In this document: positions 39,152 through 52,505 of the stretch, piece by piece
Position numbering within the stretch: position 1 is the first letter of the stretch
Layout of the letters: each line of letters begins with the position of its first letter
Assembly (NCBI RefSeq): GCF_035084215.1
Contig: NC_090351.1
Location: forward strand, 23,994,001-24,058,000
From: Heptranchias perlo
Lineage: Eukaryota
DNA length: 64,000 nt
Direction: 5' to 3'
Position numbers and translations under genes: made by a program
The notes under the pieces: generated by a model
What the model was told of the DNA's origin: nothing
The model's database searches: none
What the model saw: only the letters and a program-made list of their open reading frames with translations

Positions 39152-40292
39152 TGAAGGGAGGAGGGAGATGTGGGAAACGAGAAGGAGCATTAGATATGCA
39201 GAGACCCCCTTCATCGGGACCTCCAGCACGGCATGTTGTAACGGCTGCAGAGACGGCCTGCCCAATGATCCGAAGCACTGTCTCCTCTTGGGGGGGGGTG
39301 AGGATGTGTAAGTGTCCCCATCCACCCTCAGGTCTCTCCTGCTGCTGGCTGTTATGTACCACCTTCTCCTGCAAGGCAGAGGACAGTATGTCAGTGAATA
39401 TCCTGCAAGGTGTCTGGGTGATGTGCCTGTTGTGGTCGAATAGCTGCCAGTGTGTGTGAGCTGTGAGTGGTGGTTGTGTGGCCTGCAAGTGTGGTACAAT
39501 GTGCGGGTGAGGTGCAGCATGCCGAGTTTAACATTGCGTATGGATAGGCGTGTTTGTTGGTGGGTGGGTGACGGGGACTGTGATGCGTGGAGCAATGATG
39601 CAGTTGGTTGGATGTGCCACTTGGCACTTGCATTCACCACCTTGACCACTCGTGTCAAATCATTGAACTTGGAATCATAGAATCATAGAATCATAGAAAA
39701 TTGACAGCACAGAATCCTTCTACCAATCACTTTAAATCTATGCCCCCTAGTTATTGACCCCTTCGCTAAGGGAAATAGGTCCTTTCTATCCATTCTATCT
39801 AGGCCCCTCATAATCTTGTACACCTCAATCAAATCACCCCTCAGCGTCCTCTGTTCCAAGGAAAACAATCCCAGCCTATCCAATAGCTAAAATTCTCTAG
39901 TCCTGGCAACACCCTCATAAATCTCCTCTGCACCCTCTCTAGTGCAATCACATCTTTCCTGTAATGTGGTGACCAAAACTGTTCGCAGTACTCAAGCTGT
40001 GGCCTAACTAATGTTTTGTACAGTTCCAGCATAACATCCCTGCTTTTATATTCTATGCCTCGGCTAATAAAAGAAAGCACTGCACTCAAGTGCGTGGTGC
40101 CATGCTCCTGGTGTTCACTTCCTGCGCCATAGCCTGCCAATGCCTGTGGAGCTGCAGTCTGGACGGTCTCCTGCCACCCTGCGGGTACATGTTGGCCCTC
40201 CTTTCGTCCATCCCTTCCACCAGGGATTCCAATGCATCATCTGAGAAGCATGGGGCTCTCTCTCCTGCTGGTCCTGTCATCCTTGCGGTCAT
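39152..40292 (-). pseudogene. Harbinger Myb/SANT-like gene, H2; exon 1 interrupted by CR1
   Basis: ERAPCFSDDALESLVEGM...WQAMAQEVNTRSMAPRT*VQC [CR1] KFNDLTRVVK, donor, then exon 2 EKVVHN...EETVLRIIG. Confidence 0.85.
39672..40077 (-). mobile_element. CR1 fragment inserted in H2 Myb exon 1
   Basis: FISRGIEYKSRDVMLELYKTLVRPQLEYC; (ATTCTATG)n tail at 39672-39698. Confidence 0.9.
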
Positions 40293-42063
40293 CTTTCCCT
40301 CCTCCTAGTGGACTATGCATGTCCCATTTAAAATGCGCACCTGCAACTTTAAGAGGTGCAGGCTGCCAATGGCGTGCGCTAAGCAGACCCAATTTCTGAC
40401 TTCTTCATTCTCTGTGCAGCCTCTCAGCACCGCCACGGAGATATCGTGGTAAATTCACGTGCTGCCTGCATGGGGGCCATCAGGCATAGGGGCATAGCGG
40501 AACGTACCACCCGCACCCAAAAATAGGCCCTATCGATTTTTTTTCCCCCAAAGTGTTTACCTCTGAGCCATTGGGGTGGCTGTATTATGCCAATTTAGCA
40601 CCCCTTCCAATTTAATCCGAGCCTCAATTTGTTTTTGAAACATTCAGAAGAGATGCCCCTCCACTAATTCGTCTCCAAGAAGAGATCCTGCCAACTATGC
40701 ACCCTTATTAATGAACTGAGGTGTCCTACTGGTGCTCCTGAGAACATAGTCAGGTGATTAAAAGTCTAAGTTGATGAGGAACGCAGTAAAATCTGCCAAT
40801 ATAAGAATACTGTGATGTTGCAATCCTGTCTTGGGTTATTACTGGCAATGAATGGATTGGAGGTTCAGCCTTCAGTATTCCAGCATTTGTGGTTGAAAAT
40901 CGTATTCTGAATGCTTGTTTTGGTCCTGATGCACACTGTTCATCGAAGATTGCAGAATCAAGTTTCAGAGACCTATATCAATAATAAATACATTTTGTGA
41001 GCTTTTGTGAACCAATTGAGAATGTGCTTTGCAATCATAAGTAAACGAGATAACGAAGTGTATTTAATGTCAACGGCATTAGGCAGGTTTGCACTGCAGT
41101 AAAAGCTTATGGAAACTAATGGATCAACGACTAAAACTATACCCTTGTAAAATAGCCAAACAGATGTATGCAGAAAATTAGTTGTTACCAATTTAGAAAA
41201 TTCTCTTTAATTTTATTCACCCAATTGTTTTATGCAGAATTTTCGAATGTGATTATCTATTGGTGAGGGCATGTGCTGAGTTTAGCCCAGGTCCTAATGT
41301 ATAGATTTGAAATAAATTAATTATAAGTGCATTCTCCTACCACTCTGGCATATCTTAAATTGTCTTAAGAGTTTTGCTTCAGCATTTTGGAGTCCCTCAA
41401 TTCATACGATGCCCTTTGGAATGGGGCAGGCTCACATCAGAAAAGGCAATGCAATACTTCAAATAGTGTCACATTTTTATTTACAGTCTGTCAAGAACTC
41501 TTGCTAATGCAAACCTGGTGGAGTCAAGGTGGTAACACCAGGCATGTTGAGTACACAGAATTATTTTGTGTTACCTAAGTGTTGAATGAGACTTCAATAG
41601 ATGATTTTTCAGTTCAAGACTTCTCATCTCAGATCAACTGGAATTTCATATGATTAGCACATTAAAAGTAAATTCATCAATCAGAAAGCAACATTTTGGA
41701 TAATGCCATTTTCACATACCTTTTTCAGGATGATGTAAATGGATACCTGACGATATATCATTCAAGCTATTGTTATTCACCTTACTTACTTTGTAACCAA
41801 TAAGAGTTGCTTTTGATATTAACTAGACACACCCTGTTATTTTCCTTTCTATTTGTTTCTTCCCACCCTAAAGGTCTTAGATTAAACATTTTGATGCTGT
41901 TTCACTTTTTGTATTGACTAGCTGTCTAAATAATTTGTTTTGTTTACCAGTATGGTTTGCACTGCACCATTTTATGGGTCAATTTTGTTTATATGCAGCC
42001 TTCTGTAAATCATTTTGGAAGCCTTTGACCAAGGTTTAACCCACTACAAATTAAAAGTCCATT

Positions 42064-42816
42064 GGCCTGGTGGATTGGTACTTATTGGTGCACGCTGACT
42101 TGGGCTTCCTTTCCAAATATATTGGGCTGGAACTTGCTCCGACCGGCGTGGCAAGGCTCTCCACACATCCTGCAGATAAAAAGTATGAAGATACTTATTG
42201 CGTGGCCTACGACGTCCACTTGCTTCATTTTGAATTCTTCTCAAGTGGTGCGCTCCGAGATCAGCGTAGGCCCTCATGCGCATGCATAGACTGTGGGAAT
42301 AGAAGCCCCGCCCACAGGCAAGCAAGTAAAACTCATTCATTTAAAGTGACATTCTCTATGTTAGTCTAAATAAAAATTTAACATACCTTATTATCAAAAG
42401 GCAAGGAAATGATTTATAATGTGCTGAAACATACAAAAGTTAAAAGTTAAAAAAACACTTTTATTTTTTAATATATTTCTTTAATGATCAAAAAATATTA
42501 AAATACGAATAATTAGACATTCCACACCACATTTTGAAAGTTTTATTTTTTGTTGTTTTGCGGTCATTCTCAGTCACCGCTCTTTTAAAAGGTAGTGTAG
42601 GGCTGGTATTTTCAAGCGTACCTTCTCGTGGGATAAGTTTCTTTGTTCCAGCTGGGCGTGGGTGGCCCTTTAATTCATGACTGTCAAACTGCCATTGAAC
42701 TGAGTTCACGATTTCCAGGTTTTACTGCGCATTCGCGAAATTACTCCGATGGATTTGACGGCGGTTGGAGAGGGTGCCATTATGGAGCGGCATCTCAGGT
42801 AAGTAATTTCTGGGCC
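42064..42816. mobile_element. Harbinger-type MITE
   Basis: Ends ggcctgg... / ...aatttctgggcc; TSD ATT (42061-42063, 42817-42819). Confidence 0.55.
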
Positions 42817-43208
42817 ATTATATCTTAATTGGGCATTCCACTCTTTCTCAGGTCACACAAGATAGCTTTAGATTATTTTAGTTTCAATTTCTGATTTATC
42901 TATTTAATAAAAAATCCTCCCTTTTATTTTCCTGATTAAAAACAGGAGGGAGATCAAAATGGTCGTAAATTGCAGGGGGAGGTACTGGGATACTGGACTA
43001 GCTATCTGTGCTATCTTTTAGGTCCTCCATGCGGTACACCACACCTCGATTGAAAGAGTGAGCAGGTAACTGAGGTAGCTCTTCAAACAGCCTCCAAGAG
43101 GAGAGTGAGAACATTGCTGGTTGATTCACGCTCTAATTGTTATCATGGGGTTGACAATTGTAAACAATTTTACAACACCAAGTTATAGTCCAGCAATTTT
43201 ATTTTAAA

Positions 43209-43247
43209 TTCACAAGCTTTCGGAGGCTACCTCCTTCCTCAGGTGAA
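43209..43247 (-). ncRNA. Minimal type I hammerhead ribozyme (mirror copy)
   Basis: Reverse complement of 43257-43295. Confidence 0.8.
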
Positions 43248-43256
43248 TGATCATCG

Positions 43257-43295
43257 TTCACCTGAGGAAGGAGGTAGCCTCCGAAAGCTTGTGAA
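43257..43295 (+). ncRNA. Minimal type I hammerhead ribozyme (Penelope type)
   Basis: Stem I ttcac/gtgaa; core CTGAGGA 43262-43268; stem II ggagg-tag-cctcc; GAAA 43283-43286; palindromic stem III region aagctt. Confidence 0.8.
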
Positions 43296-44684
43296 TTTAA
43301 AATAAAATTGCTGGACTATAACTTGGTGTTGTAAAATTGTTTACTACTGTTATCATGGGGGAAGTGCTTCATCTTCACTTGGCACCTCGCTGAGATAATT
43401 CAGGAAAGATTTGGAACTAACCATATAGGGAAATCATTACAGCATCCAATACTGCACATATCAGGATTTTGAAAAATTAAACATTTGGCAATGTTAAGGC
43501 TGGGACAAAGCACACTGGACAAATTTGCCGCAATGCAGCCTTGAGAGGAAGGATCCACAGAGGTTACCAAGAACATGGGCCCTTTAAGAAAGTTTCAAAG
43601 TACAACTATCAGGCTGTAATGATGTTGTAGCCATATACTTCAAAAAGAACTGGAGATATTTTAAACCTACTCCATGGAAGTTGTTGGCCCAATGATGGGA
43701 CTGCCATGCAGAGCAGCAGCAGGAATACAGCTAGTACTTATGCGCACACAGTCCAACAAAAACTCATTAGAGGACGCTATAAACTTTCAACATATTAATT
43801 GCAAACACGTGTCATCACACTAGTTATAAAGCACAGCAGCAATCCCAGCCACTCTATCCAGGATGCAGCTCCGTCTCTATAACCACAGTGTTTAACTTTG
43901 CCATGTTTCCTTGTATCCCTGTACATCCAGATGAACCAGCAGACGTCTCGTACATCTCTCACTCTGGGTTAAAAAAAAGAATGTTTAAATATTGTTTCTG
44001 AATATTCAGACATACCAAAATATAGAACTGTAAACAAATTATCTGAAGAATTCATTTCTCCTTTAGCAAGGGTCAGCTGTATTTACAAATTCAATTTCAT
44101 TTCTCATTTATTACTCAGGTTTTTCCAGGAAACCTCAGGTATTATGTAGCAGTATAGATAAATTCCTCGCTGTCTAGATTGCTTGATGGAGTCTCTTGAC
44201 TGAACTTGTAATGTTAACTGTGTTGTTTCTTGGCTTTGTTTCCCATAGCAAACATTCTTCTGTGGAAGATGTCCAAAGGATGTGGGGCAGCACTCGCCAC
44301 AGATGGCTTCTCTCTCAGACAACTGGTCATGCCAAATCTGTCTAGTGACTATCTCCCTCAGATTTTCAAATTTTTTCATTGCTACTCACTGACTAAATAA
44401 AGTGAAGGCTTGTAATTTGGGGATTTTAATAATAAGATGTCTGTTGTTTTTTTTCATTAGAACTGTTCAGGCTCATCGGCCTCAATCTTTCTGGTAATAC
44501 ATTCAAAACAAACTGCATTTCGTTCTGTGCATGCCATGTAGGATGATCTTTAAAAAACGAGAAGATAAAATATGCCATTAAAATGTGGTGAATTTTGTGC
44601 TCTTGAGGGAGGGAAATGCTAGTTCTGGGACTAGGAATACAGTTATTTTCCACTTTTCCATCCAATGTCTGCATCAAGCACTCT

Positions 44685-45278
44685 GGGGAGGTGATCTGAC
44701 CAATTTCCCCAGAGTGTGAGGCCCAGGAGATTTTTTCATTTGAATGCCCCGACAAGGACTCCCGCCTGAAGCTGGCGGGGATGATGTCAACACCGGTGGG
44801 CAAGAGTGTAAATTCACGGGAGGGTGTCAGTCCGCCGCAGGGGATCCATGGAAACAGTCCCCTGCGAGAATACGTGAGGAGCAGGCGGAATCGGTAAACT
44901 TCATGATTGTGGAAGGGGGAGGGGGTAAGCTTGGGGCAGGGGACACCCAATAAATCCTTGTGGATTGCTCTTCCTGGCGCACAAGGAACCTTTAAAAAAT
45001 GAAAAAAGAACACTCACTTGGGCTTCCTGTGGCCAGGATTCTGCCTGTCTTCTGGCGTGTCCGAGACTGTCCGGCCCGCAGTTAAAATGGCGTGTTCGCC
45101 CTGTTGGCACCACCAGAACAAGACTTTACCATTTAAATTAGGCCTCCGTTTTTCTGTAGTGGTGGCCTTTCCGTGCCTGATTTAAGATAAGTTAAGATGG
45201 GGGGGTATTGAACCCACCCCATCAACTGAACCTCCCACGTGTCCTGCTCTCGCTGGACGGAGGGGGATAAAACATCAC
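44685..45278. mobile_element. GC-rich MITE-like repeat
   Basis: Composition and motifs (atttaaattaggcctc, cactcacttgggc) resemble 224-710; ends unclear. Confidence 0.35.
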
Positions 45279-45763
45279 TTAAGAATCTCAAAATAAGCTG
45301 TTATGTTGGACTCAAGAAACTGTTTAATGTACTGATGAATACTGTATTGCCCGATTCAGTTTGCTTCCACGTGTCAATTTTTCATATATTTAACAATTCA
45401 TAGTTTAGCCCTTGGTTTGTCAGCATAGTGTTAGAGGGATCAGCAGTATATGATAAGCAATCTGTGCTATATCTAGTATAAATCAACAGTAAAAGGGTAG
45501 CCCTGATACATGGTGCATCCCATTTACAATAAACATGATGTTTAGTTTTGGTCCATAAGAGACGTGGCTCTGCTTTTGTGGTAAACATGAGTAAAGAGTG
45601 TTGGCAGACAGTCTGAATTATAACAGTGAGTTCCACCTCCAAAATGAATGATGGGTGTCAAGGAAACTGGTAAGAAATCTACTTAAACAATCAAACATAT
45701 TTGAACAATTTTTTAAAAAGAAATAGAAAATTTACAATAAAGTAGCTGCTATACATAAAAGTT

Positions 45764-46310
45764 GAGGTAGAATTTGGACCCTAAAACGGATGCAACAAGG
45801 ACCAATTTTGGATGTGCTCCAAGGATGCCTGAAAGATGTCCAACCCAATATTGTGTCAGGCCATTTTTCAGGCTTTCAGGCAGCCAACTGAAACAGCCAT
45901 TAGGCCCTTTCATATGGGAATGAGGGGATGACGCCTGCTTTAGGACCCCTTCGGGAAATTGGGCTGCCCGGAGCAGAGCAGGGGCTCAGTTCAGGTTTTT
46001 CAGGTGTTGATGCGGCCTAGCATCCAGCCATCACTAAAAAGATATGTTGTTTTTTAGGATTGATGTGGAGCCAGGAGGAGCAGGATTATTCCTCCCGGCT
46101 CCACAGCAAGCCTGGGGGCCACTACCGACCCACAATCCACCCCCCTCCTGCTTTCATCCCCTCACCCCTGGGACTTACTGGCAAGGCAAGCGGCCTGACA
46201 TTGATCTTTATAAAATTTGCACTGACTCATCAATTTTTCTCAAAGCTCCAGCAAAGGGAAAAAAAATCCTCTGGCAGCCATCATCCCCGAAAGTGTAAAA
46301 TATAATTCTC
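45764..46310. mobile_element. MITE-like repeat
   Basis: Starts gaggtagaattt, like the TIRs at 224 and 8503; internal ggcccttttcatatg motif; right end unclear. Confidence 0.35.
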
Positions 46311-46849
46311 TGTTAATGCCCACTGTCTTAATGAAGCAAGAACAGCAGTCTCTGCACCCTATCCCCACCCCCCCCCACCAAGCACTCAGCTGGACTCCAT
46401 GGTCCCCCTCTCTGCTTGCCCACTAGGCCTATTTCCCAGCTACCCTTATTCACTGAGCATATTTTCTGACTCCTCCCCTCATTGAATGCCCTCCCCCTCT
46501 AGCATGAAGCTAGAAATTCCAGCACCGAGCCTATTTCCCACTCACGTCCCCTGTCAAGTGAATCTTTTCAGCTTCCCCCACTGACTGTACATACTGACAA
46601 CACCACCCTGCCCCCACTGAACCGTCTCACAGAATGACAGAGATTGCCAGACAGAACCCCCCCTCCCCCCAGTTAGCTGATCATCACTGAACCCCCCCAT
46701 GTGGTTGCCCACTCGATCTGAGCCTATTTTCCAGCTGCCCACTACCTCACTGAAAGTTTTAGTTGGTCACTTCCCCCCAACCATGGAGCCCTCATGCATT
46801 GACCGAGATTACCAACTGCCCCACTGAGCAGCAATCTGGGCTACCCTTT

Positions 46850-47165
46850 CCCTGTCCCCTCCTCTGCCCATCCTCCTCTTCTCTCTCCATCTCCCCTCCA
46901 TGTCCACTTCCCCAACCCCTTTCCTCCATCTTCCTCAACTCCATTCTCCTCGCACTCCCCATTCCCCTCCTGTTCATCCTCCCTATTCTTCTCCCCTTCC
47001 CCATCCACCTCCCTCATCCCCTTCCTCTCTCACCCTCCCCTCCCCTTCACTTACCTCCTCTTCCTTTCCTCCCCCTTCCCCTCCTGTCTTCCCTTTCTCT
47101 CTCCCTCCCTCTCTTCTCTTCACCACCCCATATCCCCTCCCATCTGCCTCCTCCCTCCTGCCTTT
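46850..47165. repeat. Polypyrimidine (CT-rich) low-complexity tract
   Basis: Direct reading. Confidence 0.9.
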
Positions 47166-48896
47166 GACCCCATTCCTTTACTTGGCTCGAAATGACCCCC
47201 CACCCTCTAATCCTACTTGACCTGATTGATCAGAGGAGATCGACTAGTTTAGGAAATAAAGTCAAAATACTAAAAATAGATGAAAGTGAGAATAGGAAAG
47301 AAGCAAGAACAGGGAAAAAAAAAGGCATGGTGAGCAGTGAAGTGCGAGTCTTTTTAAAAGAACCTTCCATTTAAAATTGTTTTTTGGGCTATTTTATTAG
47401 TATGGAGTTAATATTACAACAATAAATCTATTTCTGACATCTCGGCTCTTTTATTACTGTAATATTATAGTTTGTGTCAACACTATGGTATGTTAGCTGC
47501 AAACTTGTAAAAATGTTCAGCCTGCTGTTTCCTGGAGCTGCCAGCAGTTTTGGATTGCTCGAGCAAAGAGCTGGCATGGATGAGATGGGCCGAATGGCCA
47601 CCTTCTGTGCTGTAAGCCTTGATGGTTCTTTGGTTCTCTGTCTAAACCCCAGTTTCAAAGGGAGTCCCCGCTGCTGTGACCTCTGCTATTTCACTTTTGG
47701 CCATTAAGTAACTGGGACCCGTTTCGTACTATTACGTGCTCAGCTGGTACCAAGTTAGGTAATGGCTGGCTGCTGCGGATCAGCATCCACAAGTCGATCC
47801 TCTTGAAATTATACAGACACGCGCTGTTGGTAGTCTGTATTCATCAGCTGAATGCTTTCATTCAAAGTAAAAATTTAGATTCCTGTGGTGATATTTCACA
47901 GTGCCAGCAAGTCATATGTCCCCTAATTCAAGAAATTTTGAGTAAAAAAATATTAGTATGCAAAGGGAAGTACTTTGCATTTAATTACTTCCCCATAGAG
48001 TATCCTTTCCCTTTAACAGCTGTCAGAGGAGGAGATTTTATCCCATTAGTCTGAGATATGTTTGAACTTAGGTCCCAGTGCATGACCCAGTTACCTAAAA
48101 ATATGCTCTTCTTGTGCTGACATGACATAAACCACGCTGTAAAACTATATAATCAATACATAGTGGTTTCATTTCATTGAGCTCTTTTGGGAAGTGGAAC
48201 CTTTACAACTTTCATTTATATAGTGTTTTTAACATAGCAAAACAATCCAAGTGCTTTACAAATAACAGGGGCAGGGCAGGGGGTGGGAGGGTGGGGGAGA
48301 GAAATGGAAACCGAGGGGGAGGTGATAGAAGGCATGGCCAAAGAACGTTGGGGAAACAATATTGCTTTGCATAAAATTCCACAGGGGCAAAATTGGGCCG
48401 TGTAGCACCCGTTATGTAGGCGCTACGTGGACACCTAAGACCTGAAAATGGCGTCCAAGGTGCGCGCGCACACTTCCGACGTGTCGTGCGCAGGACACCA
48501 TCTTGGTAAAGGGGTTTGCGGCGTGCGCCTAATGACTGCCGGCAGCATGTAGAGCAGGGAGATTATGATGCGAATCAGTGTGCAACGCTGATTTGATGCA
48601 GCCGGCGACATTTTGGAATTCAATGCTCCAGCCAAAGCACTGCCTTAACCTCGCACAGCTGAACAGGACTTAAGCGGCATGAAGGACCCCCCACTGGGGT
48701 TATTTAAAAGATCATGCAGGAGTTACAGGTTAGTTGCTAGATTATTTATCCTGGCTGCTGGTGCAATTGTACGTGTTTTTGGAAGTTTCCTATACTTGGC
48801 TAATGTTGCAATATTCTATCGAGAATGATCTGGCTGGTCTTGCAGTACTGTTAGAGGCATTTAAAATATTGTGCTGAAAAAAGTTGTTTCCAGAGA

Positions 48897-49964
48897 TGGG
48901 TGACCTGCTAGAGATTCCTCTGGGAATTGGATATGACTGGGAGAATGAAGAGAGGCCACATAGAGCAGGAGGAGGAGGCGCAGGGCACTCAGCAGGAGGT
49001 CATATCCAGCAAGGGTCTTCAGGGACCAATATTCTTACCTGAACTTCAGTGACGACCAGTGCATCAGATGGCTGCGGTTCACTAAAGAGGTCATGACTGA
49101 AATTTGTCAACTGCTGCAACCAGAACAGCAGCCCCAGAACAGAGCAAGGATAGCATTGCCTGTGGCTGTCAAGGTAACCATGGCGCTTAATTTTTATAGC
49201 TCTGACTCCTTACATGCTGCTGCTGGAAATATAAGCAACATCTTGCAGTTTGCAGTGCACTGCTGTAAAAAGGAGGTCACTGAGGCTCTATACGCACTCA
49301 GAAGCAGATTCATCTTATTCACTCTTGCCAGAGACAAGCAGCAGAAATGAGCACAAGGGTTTGCTTGCATTGCAGGCTTCTCCATGGTGCAGGGTGCCAC
49401 TGACTACATATATATTGCCATGCATGCTTCACATCTGAACTCGGCCTTATTCATGAACAGAAAGGGATTCCACTCCCTCAATGTGCAGCTGGTGTGCGAT
49501 CACACGCAGTGCATCATGCAGGTCAATGCCCGCTACCCTGGTAGCAGTCATGATTCCTTCATCCCGTTGCAGTCCTCCGTGCCACCTATATTTCAACTGG
49601 TACTGCAAGTCAAAGGCTGGCTACTGGGCGACAAGGGTGAAATGAAGCATGACTCTGGTCAGGAAAGCACGCACACATGCACAGAAGGCCTAAGACAGGA
49701 GCCATGCTGCCACATGGAATATTATAGAGCACACCATAGGCATCCTCAAGGAATGCTTCTGTTGCCTGGACCGCTCTGGAGGAGCTCTGCAGCACTCAGG
49801 TGAGCGGCTATCAAGATTTGTCGATGTATGCTGCATGCTGCACAACCTGGCCATTATGAGGGAACAGCCTTTGCCACCGCCTATCAGGCGAGAACCTGAC
49901 CAACAGGCAGAGGAAGAGGTGGAGGAAGTGGAGGAGGAGAAGGAGGAGGAAGTGCAGCAGGAAG
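48897..49964 (+). pseudogene. Harbinger (HARBI1-like) DDE transposase, H3
   Basis: IALPVAVKVTMALNFY; VQGATDYIYI; FMNRKGFHSLNVQLVCD...NARYPGSSHDSFI; GWLLGDKG; IIEHTIGILK; CMLHNLAI; acidic tail; stops and frameshifts. Confidence 0.92.
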
Positions 49965-51437
49965 TGTTCCAGTACAGCTATAACACTGGCATCTACCCGA
50001 CAATGTGGAAAATTGCCCAAGTATGTCCTGTCCACAAAAAACAGGACAAATCCAATCCGGCCAATTACCGCCCCATCAGTCTACTCTCAATTATCAGCAA
50101 AGTGATGGAAGATATCGTTGACAGTGCTATCAAGCGGCACTTACTCACCAATAACCTGCTCACCGATGCTCAGCTTGGATTCCGCCAGGACCACTCGGCT
50201 CCAGACCTCATTACAGCCTTGGTCCAAACATGAACAAAAGAGCTGAATTCCAGAGGTGAGGTGAGAGTGACTGCCCTTGACATCAAGGCAGCATTTGACA
50301 GAGTGTGGCACCAAGGAGCCCTAGTAAAATTGAAGTCAATGGGAATCAGGGGGAAAACTCTCCAGTGGCTGGAGTCATACCAAGCACAAAGGAAGATGGT
50401 AGTGGTTGTTGAAGGCCAATCATCTCAGCCCCAGGACATTGCTGCAGGAGTTCCTCAGGGCAGTGTACTTGGCCCAACCATCTTCAGCTGCATCATCAAT
50501 GATCTTCCCTCCATCATAAGGTCAGAAATGGGGATGTTCGCTGATGATTACACAGTGTTCAGTTCCATTCGCAACCCCTCAGATAATGAAGCAGTCCGTG
50601 CCTGCATATAGCAAGACCTGGACAACATCTGGGCTTGGGCTGATAAGTGGCAAGTAATATTCACGCCAGACAAGTGCCAGGCAATGACCATCTCCAACAA
50701 GTGAGAGCCTAACCACCTCCCCTTGACATTCAACGGCATTAACATTGCCGAATCCCCCACCCTCAACATCTTGGGGGTCACCATTGACCAGAAACTTAAC
50801 TGGACCAGCCATATAAATACTGTGGCTACAAGAGCAGGTCAGAAGCTGGGTATTCTGCAGCGAGTGACTCACCTCCTGACTCCCCAAAGCCTTTCCACCA
50901 TCTACAAGGCACAAGTCAGGAGTGTGATGAAATACTCTCCACTTGCCTGGATGAGTGAAGCTCCAACAACACTCAAGAAGCTCGAGACCATCCAAGACAA
51001 AGCGGCCCGCTTGATTGGCACCCCATCCACCACCCTAAACATTCACTCCTTCACCACCAGTGCACTGTGGCTGCAGTGTGTACCATCTACAGGATGCACT
51101 GCAGCAACTCACCAAGGCTTCTTCGACAGCACCTCCCAAACCCCCGACCTCTACCACCTAGAAGGACAAGAGCAGCAGGCACGTGGGAACAACATCACCT
51201 GCACGTTCCCCTCCAAGTCACACACCATCCCGACTTGGAAATATATCGCCGTTCCTTCACCGTCACTGGGTCAAAATGCTGGAACTCCCTACCTAACAGC
51301 ACTGTGGGAGAACCATCACCACACAGACTGCAGCAGTTCAAGAAGGCTGCTCACCACCACCTTCTCAAAGGACAATTAGGGAGGGGCAATAAATGCTGGC
51401 CTCGCCAGCGACGCCCACATCCCATGAACGAATAAAA
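49965..51437 (+). mobile_element. CR1/L2-group LINE family B, 5'-truncated (RT and 3' UTR)
   Basis: WKIAQVCPVHKK...NYRPISLLS; ALDIKAAFDRVWH; GVPQGSVLGP; MFADD; tail gaacgaataaaa; (A)GGAAG on both flanks. Confidence 0.92.
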
Positions 51438-51917
51438 GGAAGAGACAGGGAGGTTACAAGGTAGAAAGGCCCTGTCTTCCAGGACTCTGCGTGATCAAAT
51501 TATTATTGACTAATACCACTATCCTCAATGTTACCAATCCATTCACCGACAGTCCCACATTCCTTACTTTCCCTCTCTCACATGACCATCAAATCACCCT
51601 CCTTATGATTACACATTTGTTCCTCTCTCAGCTCATTGCAGAAATAAAAACCACCACCAAATGCAAATTGAATTCCACATTTATAAATGAACACGTGAAA
51701 TGATGCAAACAAAATGAAACAATTCACCCTTGTGCATTCCCTCAGTGCTTGTTGTTCGTGTGCCTTTACCTTTCCAAGTGTTCCTATGAGGAGCATCCCC
51801 AGTGGCTGGAGCACGGGTGGTGGAAGGCTGTTGACCTTTAATTGAGGAGAGTGCAGATGGCCTTGGAGGATGATCTCGAGCAGCTCAGGGCCAAGAGGGC
51901 TTGGCTGCAGATTTCAC

Positions 51918-52505
51918 CATAGAATCATAGAATCATAGAAAGTTACGGCATAGAAGGAGGCCATTCGGTCCATTGTGTTCGTGCCGGCCGAAAAAGAGCT
52001 ATCCAGCTTAATCACACTTTCCAGCACTTGGTCCATAGCCCTGTGGGCTACAGCACTTCAAGTGGACATCTAAGTACTTTTAAATGAGTTGAGGGTTTCT
52101 GCCTCTACCACCCTTTCAGGCAGTGAGTTCCAGACCACCACCACATTCTGGGTGAAAAAAATTCTCCTCAGCTCCCCTTGAATCCTTCTACCAATTACTT
52201 TATATCTATGCCTCCTGGTCACTGACCCCTCTGCTAAGGGAAATAGGTCCTCCCTATCCACTCTATCTAGTCCCATCATAATTTTATATATCTCAATTAA
52301 ATCTCCCCTCAGCCTCCTTTGTTCCAAAGAAAACAACCCCAGCCTATCCAAACCTTTCTCATAGCTAAAATTCTCCAGCCCTGGCAACATCCTCATAAAT
52401 CTCCTTTGTACCTTCTCTAGTGCAATCACATCTTTGCTGTAATGTGGTGATCAGGACTGCACACAGTACTCAGACTGTGGCCTAACTAGTGTTTTATACA
52501 GTTCT
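51918..52505 (-). mobile_element. CR1 3' fragment in H3
   Basis: ALEKVQRRFMRMLPGLENFSYE...RGDLIEIYK; (ATTCTATG)n tail. Confidence 0.92.

Larger units (their letters stand above)
37586..40549. mobile_element. Harbinger transposon H2, internally deleted, with two nested CR1 inserts
   Basis: Left end gggcactaaattgggcc is homologous to H3; right end ...ttttccccc; TSD AAA (37583-37585, 40550-40552); transposase on + and Myb gene on -. Confidence 0.85.
43151..43347. mobile_element. Palindromic Penelope-like pLTR insert
   Basis: 92-bp arms 43160-43251 and 43253-43344 with one mismatch; 13-bp TSD tgttatcatgggg at 43138-43150 and 43348-43360. Confidence 0.9.

Noticed and set aside
43380-44660. Possible ancient integrase or transposase remnant (ORFs 44104-44379, 44426-45013)
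   Set aside because: Only faint motif resemblance in conflicting frames; not supportable without a profile search.
46763-47220. Pro/Ser/Leu-rich ORFs
   Set aside because: CT-rich low-complexity tract.
48897-49964. Domesticated HARBI1 or NAIF1 host genes
   Set aside because: Stops, frameshifts, TSD-bounded context and multiple copies indicate decayed transposons.
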